Shown here: in pieces, positions 63,452 to 64,000 of the stretch | How positions within the stretch are numbered: position 1 is the stretch's first letter | Layout: every line of letters begins with the position of its first letter | NCBI RefSeq assembly: GCF_011386835.1 | Contig: NC_088791.1 | Span: forward strand, 95,542,001 to 95,606,000 | DNA: 64,000 nt | DNA from: Chrysemys picta bellii | Taxonomy: Eukaryota | Reading direction: 5' to 3' | The notes under the pieces: generated by a model | Database searches by the model: none | What the model saw: only the letters and a program-made list of their open reading frames with translations | Told to the model about the DNA's origin: nothing | Translations under genes and position numbers: made by a program

Positions 63452-63527
63452 GAGGTGCCTATGACCTCAGCCTCCCTTACACCTGCTGCAGCGAAACATG
63501 AGTCTGTGCTAGCCCACGACCCATCAG
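63452..63527 (+). CDS. Candidate first coding exon of the next gene (MTSASLTPAAAKHESVLAHDPS); TEX33/CIMIP4 would be expected here by synteny but is not recognised by sequence
   Basis: ctaac branch-like motif, pyrimidine tract, aag| acceptor, ATG at 63461, strong CAG|gtaaga donor. Confidence 0.3.
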
Positions 63528-64000
63528 GTAAGAGACACAGTGGAACAGCTGCTTTGTTCACTAGCCCTCACTTTGCACTCAGACGTCTGACGTAGCTCCC
63601 ACATTCCATGGGGGTTTTCCTCCACCCTTTACACCCCACCAGGGTTCCTGTGGGATTGCTTGTTTGCATGAATGTGTCCTGATTGGATATGCATGTGTCT
63701 GAGTGGATGATACACTTGGGTTTGTGAACTGATTAGCTACATACACCTATGGGAATGAGTTCTCATGGGCATGCCTGCACTGCTTAGGAATGTGTGTGTG
63801 CGTATGCAAGAAGGCATTCATGTGGGTGCATGACGATTAAAGGCAACAGATGTGCATGTGTGACAGGACGTATGCCTGCTGAGGTGTGAGAAAGTTCAAA
63901 CCTGGGTTTGAGGGGACAGGCTGACTAGCTACACCTTTGTGTGTATGTGTGCTTCTGGACACGTGACAACATATATGTGCCACAGGCATACCTGAGCTCC

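Overview
Vertebrate genomic DNA, almost certainly a turtle: there are three tRNA-head/CR1-tail tortoise-type SINE copies and abundant CR1. It holds the syntenic block TMPRSS6(+) - KCTD17(-) - MPST(-) - TST(+). I assembled all four spliced gene models by hand with GT-AG boundaries and consistent phases. TMPRSS6 has its last 14 coding exons here (1244-29746) with an intact His/Asp/Ser triad; its 5' exons lie upstream of the window. KCTD17 has 8 coding exons (294 aa). MPST (297 aa, CGSGVT loop) and TST (297 aa, CRKGVT loop) are head-to-head, and both have 595+299 nt coding exons. The rest is dense in transposable elements: hAT MITEs with verifiable 8-bp TSDs, Harbinger-like MITEs, CR1, L2, ancient SINEs and LTR-like pieces. 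I see no evidence of a wholly new multi-gene system. The best leads are: (1) a 1.8-kb hAT element with perfect TIRs/TSD that appears to carry ~1.3 kb of captured host DNA; (2) a ~190-nt AG-exclusion zone with a distant branch point before the last KCTD17 exon; (3) candidate alternative N- and C-terminal isoforms of MPST and KCTD17; (4) a degenerate ~195-bp tandem array between MPST and TST; (5) an exact ARE in the MPST CpG island; (6) possible local gene conversion between TST and MPST. Repeat-family names and human comparisons come from memory, not from database searches.
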